From: Candidatus Pacebacteria bacterium UBA6180
Lineage (GTDB): Bacteria > Patescibacteriota > Microgenomatia > UBA1400 > PJMF01
NCBI GenBank assembly: GCA_002422165.1
Contig: DITQ01000001.1
Location: forward strand, 7,919-71,918
Length of the DNA: 64,000 bases
Direction of reading: 5' to 3'
Of this stretch, positions 9,621 to 18,317 are shown piece by piece. The position numbers were made by a program, and so were the translations under genes. Positions within the stretch are counted from its first letter, which is position 1. Each line of letters opens with the position of its first letter. The notes under the pieces are model-generated. The model saw nothing but the letters and a program-made list of their open reading frames with translations. It was not told where the DNA came from and ran no database searches.

Positions 9621-9896
9621 TTACCAAACCTCTTTCTTCAAAGGCTTGCCGACGCGGAAGTTGACCACTTTGTGGCCTTTGACAACTTGGCGCTTGGCTT
9701 TGTCACCAAAAGGTTCGACATGTTTGTCTTTGACCTTGCTGACGTAAAAAGTGCCGAAGCCAGACAGGACAACTTTGTCACCCTTTTTGAGGCTGCGGAT
9801 AATTTCGTCGAACATGGCTTCGACTGCTTCGGTGGAAGCTTTTTTGGTGAGGTGGGCTTTCTTGGCTACCACATTGATCAAATCTGATTTGGTCAT
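9621..9896 (-). CDS. hup: HU/IHF family DNA-binding protein
   Basis: MTKSDLI, GDKVVLSGFGTF, FRVGKPLK. Confidence 0.92.
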   Translation of the reverse strand: MTKSDLINVVAKKAHLTKKASTEAVEAMFDEIIRSLKKGDKVVLSGFGTFYVSKVKDKHVEPFGDKAKRQVVKGHKVVNFRVGKPLKKEVW

Positions 9897-9968
9897 GAGG
9901 CCTTTCTAGATTTACTAATTAACTACTGTTTAGAGTGTACTATTTTGATTGAGTAAGTCAAGGAGGAG

Positions 9969-10358
9969 TTAAATTATTTTTAGTTGATACAGCAAGACAG
10001 TTGACATCCCCAACATATCGTAGCCGATGTCTCGCAAAGTGGGGTGTCTGCCTGGCACGGTGCCCTGGTGAAATTCATCAACCACAGCGTACAAAAGAGC
10101 GATGCAAAGGGGAATTACGTAGCTTCTAGTGTTGAGTGAGCGGTGGCTAGTTTGTTGGTAAGCCCGAAAAAGCAACAAGTACAAGACAGCGTAGACAAAC
10201 ATGTGAGCAGCTTTTTTGAAGATAAAGTCATAAACTGAGACGCTAAAACCAGGCAAAACTTCCTGAGCAGAAAGTAAGAAAATTAGACCAGCCCAGAGAG
10301 TTGGCACCAAATAGGCGAGCAAGTAATCTCTAAGAGTGATTTTTTTGGAACTTGGCAT
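9969..10358 (-). CDS. VanZ-like membrane protein
   Basis: KKAAHMFVYAVL, YAVVDEFHQ..VPGR..DIGYD. Confidence 0.88.
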   Translation of the reverse strand: MPSSKKITLRDYLLAYLVPTLWAGLIFLLSAQEVLPGFSVSVYDFIFKKAAHMFVYAVLYLLLFRAYQQTSHRSLNTRSYVIPLCIALLYAVVDEFHQGTVPGRHPTLRDIGYDMLGMSTVLLYQLKII

Positions 10359-11052
10359 AGAGCAGGTAAGTAGAGGCAAAGATAAGCAACAAACTCCCGA
10401 TTATAGCATTTTTAAGCTCTATGGGGGCAGTTTTTTGACCCAGGAAAACTAGGCGACTGAGTCTCTCTTCTCTAGTGCTGGCAGCTGCTTGCAGCTGGAT
10501 TTTGTCAAGCAAATAATGGGGATATTGGCTAATCTGTAGTAGTGGGCTTGTGGCCTGAAAACCGTCGCCGTCAGTGCTATTTGGTTGGTCACCGGCAACA
10601 GAAGCTCCCTGTCCAGGTGCGGTAGTTGGACTGAGACTTGGATTTGGAGTCGGTGAAGCGCTAGCGGTTGGGTTAAGTGTTGGCGTGGGGGTGGGGGTTG
10701 GATTGATTTGGTTACGACTTGGTTCCATCAGGCTAAATTCGCTAGATGTGCCAATTCTCGCCCAACTCAGGCCTTTTTGAGTGCTGAAATAACTGAAGGA
10801 GTCTAAGACATTGCCGAGATTATCTTTGAGAACGACACTATCTTGGTCGTTGTTGAGACCGCTGACTTCGACAACCAGCAACTGATCGTTAAAATTTTCG
10901 TTGCTAAATTTGTAAATTTGCCTGGCGCTATCAAAAATGGTGTAGTTGAGTAAGTTTACTTCGAGATCAGTTTCAACCAGGAACAGCTCGATCCACTCAC
11001 TACCGCTTTCCTGGTTGGGGTGCACTTCATTGATGAAAATGGTGGGGCTCAT
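10330..11052 (-). CDS. Lamin-tail-domain surface protein with PT linker and C-terminal TM
   Basis: IFINEV..SEWIEL, GLNN..DSVVL, (PT)n tract, hydrophobic C-terminus. Confidence 0.75.
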   Translation of the reverse strand: MSPTIFINEVHPNQESGSEWIELFLVETDLEVNLLNYTIFDSARQIYKFSNENFNDQLLVVEVSGLNNDQDSVVLKDNLGNVLDSFSYFSTQKGLSWARIGTSSEFSLMEPSRNQINPTPTPTPTLNPTASASPTPNPSLSPTTAPGQGASVAGDQPNSTDGDGFQATSPLLQISQYPHYLLDKIQLQAAASTREERLSRLVFLGQKTAPIELKNAIIGSLLLIFASTYLLYAKFQKNHS

Positions 11053-11108
11053 AACTCTATTTTGTCACGCTCAGGTTACCAGAAGCGTATCAGGCTTTAA
11101 ATTTGTTC

Positions 11109-11132
11109 ACATATAGATTATAATCAATATGT
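11109..11132. promoter_or_regulatory. Palindromic operator overlapping the TATAAT -10 box of the suf operon
   Basis: ACATATAGATTA|TAATCAATATGT (one mismatched pair); TATAAT at 11119-11124; abuts the ArsR start codon. Confidence 0.75.
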
Positions 11133-11414
11133 ATGCAGCCAGCTTTTTGCCAGACTTGTTTCAGTAATTTGGCCGTGGAGTCGCGGATGAAAATTTTCCT
11201 ATTTCTCAAGGAAAATGGCGAGAAGACGGTTTCTGACATCGTTAGACAATTAGACCTGAGTCAGCCAACTATTTCCTATCACCTCAAAAATATGCTATCA
11301 GCTAGCTTGCTTAATAAAAGGCGAGCTGGCAAAGCCATTTATTACACCATCAACGATCGTTGTCCTAATAACGATCGTCAATGCGCTCTCAAACAATTGG
11401 GCTTCACCAACTAA
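11133..11414 (+). CDS. ArsR/SmtB-family regulator of the suf operon
   Basis: SRMKI, LSQPTISYHLKNM, RRAGKAIYY; CxxC at N-terminus and two C-terminal Cys. Confidence 0.88.
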   Translation: MQPAFCQTCFSNLAVESRMKIFLFLKENGEKTVSDIVRQLDLSQPTISYHLKNMLSASLLNKRRAGKAIYYTINDRCPNNDRQCALKQLGFTN

Positions 11415-11433
11415 TAGTTAAAAGGAATTAATT

Positions 11434-12171
11434 GTGCTTAAAATTAAAAATTTACAAGTTTCCCTAAATAAAAAAATGATTTTGGATAAAATTGATTTAT
11501 CAGTTGATTCTGGCACTACTCACGTATTGATGGGCCAAAATGGTGCCGGTAAAAGCACTCTCGCCCAAAGTATTATGGGCAACCCTAATTACACAGTCAA
11601 AGGAGAATTATCTTTTGACAAGCAAGACCTGCTGGAGTTAGATCCACAAAAGCGAGCTGCATTGGGGATTTTTTTATCTTTTCAGCAAATTTTGGAAATT
11701 CCTGGGGTAAAAATCTATGACTATTTGCGCTTGCTCCAAAAAAAGAGTCACGACAAAAAACTTACTCCACTCAAATTCAAAGCTTTTCTCAAGGAGAGAA
11801 TGGAGTTACTCAGCTTCAACGAAAGTTTTTTAACTCGTTCACTCAATCACGGTTTTTCTGGTGGGGAGAAGAAAAAATTAGAAATTTTACAGATGCTAGT
11901 TATCGAGCCAAAGTTGATTATTTTAGACGAAATTGACAGTGGTCTCGACATCGACGCCATCCAAGCTGTGGCTCGGGCCGTCAACTTTATGAAGCAGACT
12001 AAGGGCAGCTCTGTTTTAGTCATTACTCACTACTCGCGTATTTTAAGCTACTTAAACATTGATCGAGTTCACTTGTTGAGCAAAGGGCAGCTGATTACGT
12101 CTGGAGGTCAAGATTTGGTTGAACAGATTGAAAAGCAGGGCTTCAGTCAAGTTTTGGCGGGCAATCAATAA
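11434..12171 (+). CDS. sufC: Fe-S assembly ATPase SufC
   Basis: GQNGAGKSTL, GFSGGEKKK, LDEIDSGLDID, ITHY. Confidence 0.96.
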   Translation: MLKIKNLQVSLNKKMILDKIDLSVDSGTTHVLMGQNGAGKSTLAQSIMGNPNYTVKGELSFDKQDLLELDPQKRAALGIFLSFQQILEIPGVKIYDYLRLLQKKSHDKKLTPLKFKAFLKERMELLSFNESFLTRSLNHGFSGGEKKKLEILQMLVIEPKLIILDEIDSGLDIDAIQAVARAVNFMKQTKGSSVLVITHYSRILSYLNIDRVHLLSKGQLITSGGQDLVEQIEKQGFSQVLAGNQ

Positions 12172-12174
12172 ATT

Positions 12175-13584
12175 ATGAAGCAAGCCTCTCTCAAAAAACT
12201 CAACGATTCTTACGAGGAAAAATTTGGTTTCGCTATGCCAGAGAAATCGGTGTTGAGTTTTGACTTTGGTTTGTCACCACAGATCATCAGTCAAATCTCG
12301 GACAGTAAAAATGAACCGACTTGGATGCGCGAATTTCGCTTGCGCTCCTTGGAGGTTTTTCAAAGTAAGCCAATGCCGCCTTGGGGGCCAGACCTGAGCG
12401 AAATAGATTTCGAGCAAATTAGATATTTTATTAAAGATACCGACATTGAAAGTAAAAGTTGGGATGATGTGCCAGCTGAAATCAAGGAAACTTTTGACCG
12501 CCTGGGGGTGCCGCAAGCAGAACGTGAGTTTTTGGCAGGGGTCAAAGCTCAGTACAATAGCGAAGTCGCCTATTCTTCTCTGCAAGCTGAGTTGGACGAA
12601 CAAGGGGTAATTTTTTGCTCGATGGAAGAAGCTTTGCAAAAGCATGGTGAGTTATTCAAAAAATACTTCGCCACCCTCATTCCCAGTGCTGACAATAAAT
12701 TTGCTGCTCTCAACAGCGCTGCTTGGTCTGGTGGTTCTTTCGTTTATATTCCACCCAATACTCACGTGAAAAGACCTCTACAAAGCTATTTTCGCATCAA
12801 TGCTGCTCGCATGGGGCAGTTCGAGCGCACTCTAATTATCGCAGATGAGGGTTCGAGTGCACACTATGTCGAAGGTTGCACTGCGCCAGTTTATAGTGAG
12901 TATTCGCTGCATGCGGCGGTGGTGGAGGTTTTTGTTTTGCCGAAGGCGCGTTTTCGCTACACCACTATCCAGAACTGGTCAGGCAACATTTACAATTTGG
13001 TGACCAAAAGGGCCAAAGTAATGCGTGATGCCGTCATGGAATGGGTGGATGGCAACTTAGGTGCCAAAACGACCATGAAATATCCTAGCTGTTATCTAGT
13101 TGAAGAGGGTGCTTATGGCGAAATGCTCTCGATCGCTTACGCCAAAAACTCTCAAATTCAAGATACTGGCGCCAAAATGTTGCATCTAGCCCCAAATACT
13201 TCATCTAAAATTGTCGCCAAATCAGTCAGTATCGCTGGTGGAACTAGTAATTATCGTGGCTTAGTTTACATTGCCAAGGTCGCCAAAAATAGCAAAAGCA
13301 AAGTCGAATGTGACGCTTTGATTTTGGATGAAAAGTCTTCGACTAGCACCTATCCAGACATGAAAATCTCGGGCGATAATGCCATGGTTGAGCACGAAGC
13401 ATCGGTCAGTGAGATCGAAGAAGAAAAATTATTTTACCTGATGAGTAGGGGTTTAGATAAAGCCGAAGCCATGACTTTACTGGTAGCAGGTTTCATCGAA
13501 CCGATCGTCAAAGAATTGCCACTCGAATATGCAGTGGAACTCAATCGTCTCATCGAGCTAGAAATGGAAGGGAGCGTGGGCTAA
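12175..13584 (+). CDS. sufB: Fe-S assembly scaffold SufB
   Basis: GQFERTLI, YVEGCTAP, TMKYPSC, ELPLEYAVEL. Confidence 0.97.
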   Translation: MKQASLKKLNDSYEEKFGFAMPEKSVLSFDFGLSPQIISQISDSKNEPTWMREFRLRSLEVFQSKPMPPWGPDLSEIDFEQIRYFIKDTDIESKSWDDVPAEIKETFDRLGVPQAEREFLAGVKAQYNSEVAYSSLQAELDEQGVIFCSMEEALQKHGELFKKYFATLIPSADNKFAALNSAAWSGGSFVYIPPNTHVKRPLQSYFRINAARMGQFERTLIIADEGSSAHYVEGCTAPVYSEYSLHAAVVEVFVLPKARFRYTTIQNWSGNIYNLVTKRAKVMRDAVMEWVDGNLGAKTTMKYPSCYLVEEGAYGEMLSIAYAKNSQIQDTGAKMLHLAPNTSSKIVAKSVSIAGGTSNYRGLVYIAKVAKNSKSKVECDALILDEKSSTSTYPDMKISGDNAMVEHEASVSEIEEEKLFYLMSRGLDKAEAMTLLVAGFIEPIVKELPLEYAVELNRLIELEMEGSVG

Positions 13585-14174
13585 TGCAAGTTGTTTTACT
13601 CGACCAGCAAGGTGATCACTTACTGCAACCGCAAGAGGATACTTTGTTTTTAGTTTTACTTGATCAACAGTTGCAACAGGGGCAGGTCAAAGTTGATTTA
13701 ACTTTTCAAAAGTCAGGAGTTAGTTGTCAACTGGTTTTCGTCGGTCGTCTGGCGCCAAACAGCAGTTGGCAGCTGGAAAGTAACATGAAACATCTGACTA
13801 ATCACACTAGCTGTTTGACTGATGTTTACTTGAGTCAGGCTGATCGCTCTAGGGTCGATTATTTCGGGCAAATTCACATCGGACGAGAAGCGCGAGCGAC
13901 TAAATCTTTTTTGACAGAGCAGAGTTTGACTTTGGGGCGTGCAACCTTCAATCGTTCTCGGCCGATTTTGGAAATTTTTAACAATAAAGTCAAAGCCTCG
14001 CACAGCGCTAGCAGCAGTCGCCTAAGCGAAACTGACCTTTTCTACTTGATGAGTCGAGGCTTGAAGCGAGATGAGGCGGAGCAGTTGTTGGAGGAAGCTT
14101 TTTTCAATAAAATTTTGGACACCATTAAGTCAACTGAGGCAAAAAAACTAATCAAGGAATATCTAGCATGTTAA
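13584..14174 (+). CDS. sufD: SufD (short form)
   Basis: PILEI..VKASHSAS, LFYLMSRGL..EA; between sufB and sufS. Confidence 0.85.
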   Translation: MQVVLLDQQGDHLLQPQEDTLFLVLLDQQLQQGQVKVDLTFQKSGVSCQLVFVGRLAPNSSWQLESNMKHLTNHTSCLTDVYLSQADRSRVDYFGQIHIGREARATKSFLTEQSLTLGRATFNRSRPILEIFNNKVKASHSASSSRLSETDLFYLMSRGLKRDEAEQLLEEAFFNKILDTIKSTEAKKLIKEYLAC

Positions 14175-15382
14175 ACGTCGATAAAATCAGAGCGGATTTT
14201 CCGCTCTTCACGCACCATCCTGATCTAATTTATCTCGACAACGCGGCCACCAGCCAAAAGCCCAAAGTGGTGATTAAGGCGCTGACGGATTTTTATGAAC
14301 GAAGCAACGCCAACGTTCACCGCGGCATTTATGCGCTTAGTGAAATGGCCAGCGCTGCCTACGAAGCAGCTCGCAGTAAAGTGGCGAAGTTTATCGGTGC
14401 CACTTCTGCGTCAGAAATAATTTTCACCAAAGGCACGACTGATGGTTTGAACTTGGTGGCTCAAAGTTACGGATTGGCTAATTTGCAAGCTGGTGATGAA
14501 GTTTTGGTTGCAGATTTCGAACATCACAGCAACTTTTTACCTTGGCAAAAAGTTTGTCAGTTAACCGGAGCTAAACTAAAATTTTTTGGCAGCGACGCCA
14601 GCGGTTTTATCTCTAAAGAGGAATGGCAAAAAAAATTAAATCAAAAAACCAAAATTGTCGCCATCGCCCATGCTTCCAATGTCTTAGGCACGATTACCGA
14701 CATCAAAAAAATTGCTAAACTAGTTCACGCTGTTGGCGCCGTGCTGGTGGTCGATGCTGCTCAGGCAGCGCCACATTTGGCAGTTGATGTCAAAGATTTG
14801 GACTGCGATTTCTATACTTTTAGCGGTCACAAAATGTTGGCGCCGATGGGGATTGGAGTGCTCTATGCTAAAGAAAAAATTCTAGAAGTCATGTCGCCCT
14901 ACCAGCTTGGCGGTGGGATGATCGAGTCAGTCAGTGAGCAGGAGGTGATTTTTGCTGTCTCTCCAGAAAAATTTGAAGCTGGCACGCCTCACGTGGCCGG
15001 TGCTATTGCTTTGGCGGCGGCAATCGATTATTTGCAGGAAGTTGGTTTAGCAAAAATTAGAGCTCACGAAATTGCTTTGAGCGAACGCTTGCTTAGTGGT
15101 TTAGCCAAAAACAAGCGAGTCAAACTGCTTGGTGAAGCGCAAGCTTCAGAGCGCACAGGCTTGGTTTCTTTTCACGTCGATGGCGTTCACGCCCACGATC
15201 TGAGTGACTATTTGGCCAAAAATAATTTGGCTCTGCGGGCGGGCTTTCACTGTAGTGAGCCACTTCATCAGAGCAGAAGTTGTGGTGCTACGCTACGCGC
15301 TTCTTACTACTTGTATAATACCGAGGCCGAAATTGACACTTTGCTTGAGAAATTAGAAGAAGCAATCAACTATTATGAATGA
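14168..15382 (+). CDS. sufS: Cysteine desulfurase SufS (group II)
   Basis: YLDNAATSQKP, FSGHKM, RAGFHC. Confidence 0.95.
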   Translation: MLNVDKIRADFPLFTHHPDLIYLDNAATSQKPKVVIKALTDFYERSNANVHRGIYALSEMASAAYEAARSKVAKFIGATSASEIIFTKGTTDGLNLVAQSYGLANLQAGDEVLVADFEHHSNFLPWQKVCQLTGAKLKFFGSDASGFISKEEWQKKLNQKTKIVAIAHASNVLGTITDIKKIAKLVHAVGAVLVVDAAQAAPHLAVDVKDLDCDFYTFSGHKMLAPMGIGVLYAKEKILEVMSPYQLGGGMIESVSEQEVIFAVSPEKFEAGTPHVAGAIALAAAIDYLQEVGLAKIRAHEIALSERLLSGLAKNKRVKLLGEAQASERTGLVSFHVDGVHAHDLSDYLAKNNLALRAGFHCSEPLHQSRSCGATLRASYYLYNTEAEIDTLLEKLEEAINYYE

Positions 15383-15755
15383 ACTGTACAGAAGTGAGCT
15401 GATGGAGATTTACAAAGACCCGGCGCACCGCGGTCATCTCCAACCGTGCTCGGTCAGTTTGGATAAGCAAAATCCTTTTTGTGGTGATCGCTTGCATTTA
15501 GCTTTGCAAATCAAAGATGGTGTCATCAGTGATGCCAAATTTGAGGGTGAGCTGTGTTTCGTCAGTATCATCGGTGCGGAATTTTTACTGGAAGAAGTGA
15601 TTGGCAAAAGTCTAGCTGAGGCAAAAAAAATTGACCAAGCGCAAATTTTGGCGCTGCTTGATTTAAATCTCACCACCAGTCGCATCGCTTGTGCCACTTT
15701 GGCTTTGCAAGCCTTGCAACAAGCTTTAGTTAAATATGAGGAGGCAAGTAAGTGA
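15375..15755 (+). CDS. sufU: SufU/IscU-type sulfur-transfer protein
   Basis: NPFCGD, GELC, RIACA: three conserved Cys. Confidence 0.9.
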   Translation: MNELYRSELMEIYKDPAHRGHLQPCSVSLDKQNPFCGDRLHLALQIKDGVISDAKFEGELCFVSIIGAEFLLEEVIGKSLAEAKKIDQAQILALLDLNLTTSRIACATLALQALQQALVKYEEASK

Positions 15756-16000
15756 CGAGTAAGCTGCAAATTGATAAAGACACCGCCATCGAAGACTTGA
15801 TCGAAGAAAGTCCAGAGATGAACGACATCCTTTATGAATATGGATTGTACTGTGGTAATTGTTTTGCGGCCGGCTGGGACACTTTGGAAGAGGGTGCTAA
15901 AATGCACGGCTTGGAGGATGATGAAATCGAAGAATTAATTCAAGAATTAAATAAAAAAGCTGACGAAGTAAAAAATTCTCAAAATCAAGAAAAAAATTAG
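15752..16000 (+). CDS. DUF1858-domain protein
   Basis: I.DLIE..PE..IL.EYGL.C..C....TLEEGA.MHG pattern. Confidence 0.8.
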   Translation: MTSKLQIDKDTAIEDLIEESPEMNDILYEYGLYCGNCFAAGWDTLEEGAKMHGLEDDEIEELIQELNKKADEVKNSQNQEKN

Positions 16001-16020
16001 TCACCAAAAGAATAAAATTC

Positions 16021-17160
16021 ATGCAGCAAGTATATTTAGACAACGCCGCTACCACCGCTCTCAAACCCGCTGTCCTGCAAGCAATGCTCCCGTATTTGCA
16101 GGAACTTTATGGCAATGCTTCTTCCGTTTATCAGTTGGCCCAAACTAGCAAGCGAGCTATCGAAGCAGCTCGGGAAAGTATGGCTTCGCTGCTTCATGCT
16201 GACAGCAAAGAAATTTACTTCACAGCCTCAGGCACGGAAGCTGACAACTGGGCGCTCAAGGGCTTGGCCATCGCCAATCAAGACAAAGGCAAACACATCA
16301 TTACTTCAAGCATCGAACACCACGCAATTTTGCACAGCGCTCACTATTTGGAAAGCCAAGGCTTCGAAGTGACTTATTTGCCAGTTGATGAATTCGGTTT
16401 GGTTCGATCAAGTGATTTGCAAGCTTCAATGCGTGCTGACACGATTCTGGTTTCGCTGATGTGGGCCAACAATGAAGTCGGCACTATCCAGCCAATTGCC
16501 GAATTAGCTAAGATCACCAAAGATCACGGGGCGATTTTTCACACAGACAGTGTGCAAGCAATCGGCAACCTCGATGTCGATCTAAGCATCGTGCCCGTCG
16601 ACGCGCTGTCACTCTCAGCTCATAAATTTCATGGTCCTAAAGGGGTCGGCGCACTATTCCTGCGAAGTGGGGTCAAAATAGATAGTTTTCTCCACGGTGG
16701 CTCTCAAGAAAGAGACCTGCGTGCCGGCACAGAAAACGTCGCTGGTATCGTCGGCATGGCCAAAGCCCTAGAATTAGCTTTGGCAGATTTGCCAGAGAAA
16801 ACTAAATCAACCCAAGCTCTTCGCGATCAACTGATCAAAGAAGCCATGGCTCTGGATCCACGAATCAAGCTCAATGGCCATCCACTCAAGCGTTTACCAG
16901 GAAATGTTAATTTGTCTTTTCCAGGGTTTGCTGGCGATGTTCTACTGATGAGCTTGGATATGCAGGGCATCGCTGCATCTAGCGGTTCAGCTTGTAGTGC
17001 TCTGTCGGTCGAACCATCTCACGTTTTATTGGCCATGGGCTTAAGTCGTGAGCTAGCAAAATCGACCTTGCGCTTTAGCCTATCAGAAGATAATAGCCAG
17101 GCCGATATCGATCATTTGTTGACAGTTTTGAGGCGTTTGCTAGGTAAGGACCAATCATGA
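16021..17160 (+). CDS. iscS: Cysteine desulfurase IscS/NifS (group I)
   Basis: YLDNAATT, SAHKFHGPKG, RAGTEN, SSGSAC. Confidence 0.93.
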   Translation: MQQVYLDNAATTALKPAVLQAMLPYLQELYGNASSVYQLAQTSKRAIEAARESMASLLHADSKEIYFTASGTEADNWALKGLAIANQDKGKHIITSSIEHHAILHSAHYLESQGFEVTYLPVDEFGLVRSSDLQASMRADTILVSLMWANNEVGTIQPIAELAKITKDHGAIFHTDSVQAIGNLDVDLSIVPVDALSLSAHKFHGPKGVGALFLRSGVKIDSFLHGGSQERDLRAGTENVAGIVGMAKALELALADLPEKTKSTQALRDQLIKEAMALDPRIKLNGHPLKRLPGNVNLSFPGFAGDVLLMSLDMQGIAASSGSACSALSVEPSHVLLAMGLSRELAKSTLRFSLSEDNSQADIDHLLTVLRRLLGKDQS

Positions 17161-18218
17161 AGAAAAAAGTTATGGTCGGCATGAGCGGTGGGGTGGATTC
17201 TTCAGTAGCGGCGGCCTTGCTGCTTGAACAAGGTTACGAAGTGGTGGGGGTGACGATGCAAATTTGGCAGGACGACAAAAAAGACGAAGCCGGATCCTGC
17301 TGTTCGCTTTCAGCAGTCGATGATGCTCGTCGGGTGGCCAACAAGCTCGGGATACCTTACTACGTGCTCAATTTCAAGGAAATCTTCGACCAAAAAGTGA
17401 TCGAGTATTTCACCAATGAGTACCTGCGGGGCAAAACGCCCAACCCTTGCATCGCTTGCAATCGTTATATCAAATTTGATGAATTCCTGAAAAAAGCCCG
17501 CGAGATGGGCATGGATTATGTCGCTACTGGCCATTACGCGACGGTGGTGCAGGAGGGTGGGCGCTATTTGCTCAAGCGTTCGGCAAGTTTAGCCAAAGAC
17601 CAAACCTACCCACTCTACAATCTGAATCAAGATCAGCTGGCACACACTCTTTTTCCGCTGGCGCCCTACGAAAAATCGGCCGTTCGGGAAATGGCTAAAA
17701 ATTTAGGCTTGGGGGTGGCCAGCAAACCAGACAGTCAAGACATTTGCTTCGTAGTTCACCATGATTATTCGGCCTTCATCGAAGAGCGCACCGGTATCAA
17801 AGTCGAACCGGGCAATTTTATCGATCAGACCGGCAAAATTATGGGCAGACACAAGGGGCTGTATCACTACACCATCGGTCAGCGCAAAGGACTGGGCATC
17901 GCCACAGGCAAGCCGGTTTTCGTCTCCAAAATTGATGTGGAAAGAAACGAAGTGGTTTTAGGTGAAGAGTCCGACATTTTGTCGACCAGCTTGATTGCTG
18001 GTGATTTGAATTTCATCGCAGTCGATGAGTTGCGCGAGCCAGTCCAGGCCAGCGTCAAAATTCGCTATGGCTCCAGAGAAGCGACGGCACTGATTGAGCC
18101 GCTAGGCGAAGATCAAGTCAAAGTTAACTTCCAAGAACCGCAGCGCGCGGTGACTGCAGGCCAGTCGGTGGTTTTCTACCAGGGCGACGTGGTTTTGGGG
18201 GGTGGAATTATTCAGTGA
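17157..18218 (+). CDS. mnmA: tRNA 2-thiouridine(34) synthase MnmA
   Basis: SGGVDS, TPNPCIACN, ATGHYA, KDQTY, DSQDICF, TIGQRKG. Confidence 0.97.
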   Translation: MKKKVMVGMSGGVDSSVAAALLLEQGYEVVGVTMQIWQDDKKDEAGSCCSLSAVDDARRVANKLGIPYYVLNFKEIFDQKVIEYFTNEYLRGKTPNPCIACNRYIKFDEFLKKAREMGMDYVATGHYATVVQEGGRYLLKRSASLAKDQTYPLYNLNQDQLAHTLFPLAPYEKSAVREMAKNLGLGVASKPDSQDICFVVHHDYSAFIEERTGIKVEPGNFIDQTGKIMGRHKGLYHYTIGQRKGLGIATGKPVFVSKIDVERNEVVLGEESDILSTSLIAGDLNFIAVDELREPVQASVKIRYGSREATALIEPLGEDQVKVNFQEPQRAVTAGQSVVFYQGDVVLGGGIIQ

Positions 18219-18224
18219 GTGCTC

Positions 18225-18307
18225 TATGCACAGCATCTTTTGTACCAGCTACTTTTTTGCAATGCTGCAATGTGAGCATTGCAAAAAAGTAGGGTCCAAA
18301 ATATAAT
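18225..18307 (+). repeat. Hairpin/promoter repeat element, copy 1
   Basis: TATGCACAGCATCTTTTGTACCAGCT + 18-bp perfect inverted repeat + GGTCCAAAATATAAT; second copy at 25679. Confidence 0.85.
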
Positions 18308-18317
18308 GCGTTAATGG

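Noticed and set aside
9597-9887. Antisense and alternate-frame ORFs (e.g. 9597-9887, 1953-2357, 8134-8595, 42003-42497, 48228-48716)
   Set aside because: They are shadows of well-supported genes and carry no recognisable motifs.
18225-18307. Integron attC site or simple terminator
   Set aside because: No RYYYAAC/GTTRRRY ends and no integrase. The conserved flanks and embedded promoter go beyond a terminator, although termination of mnmA is not excluded.
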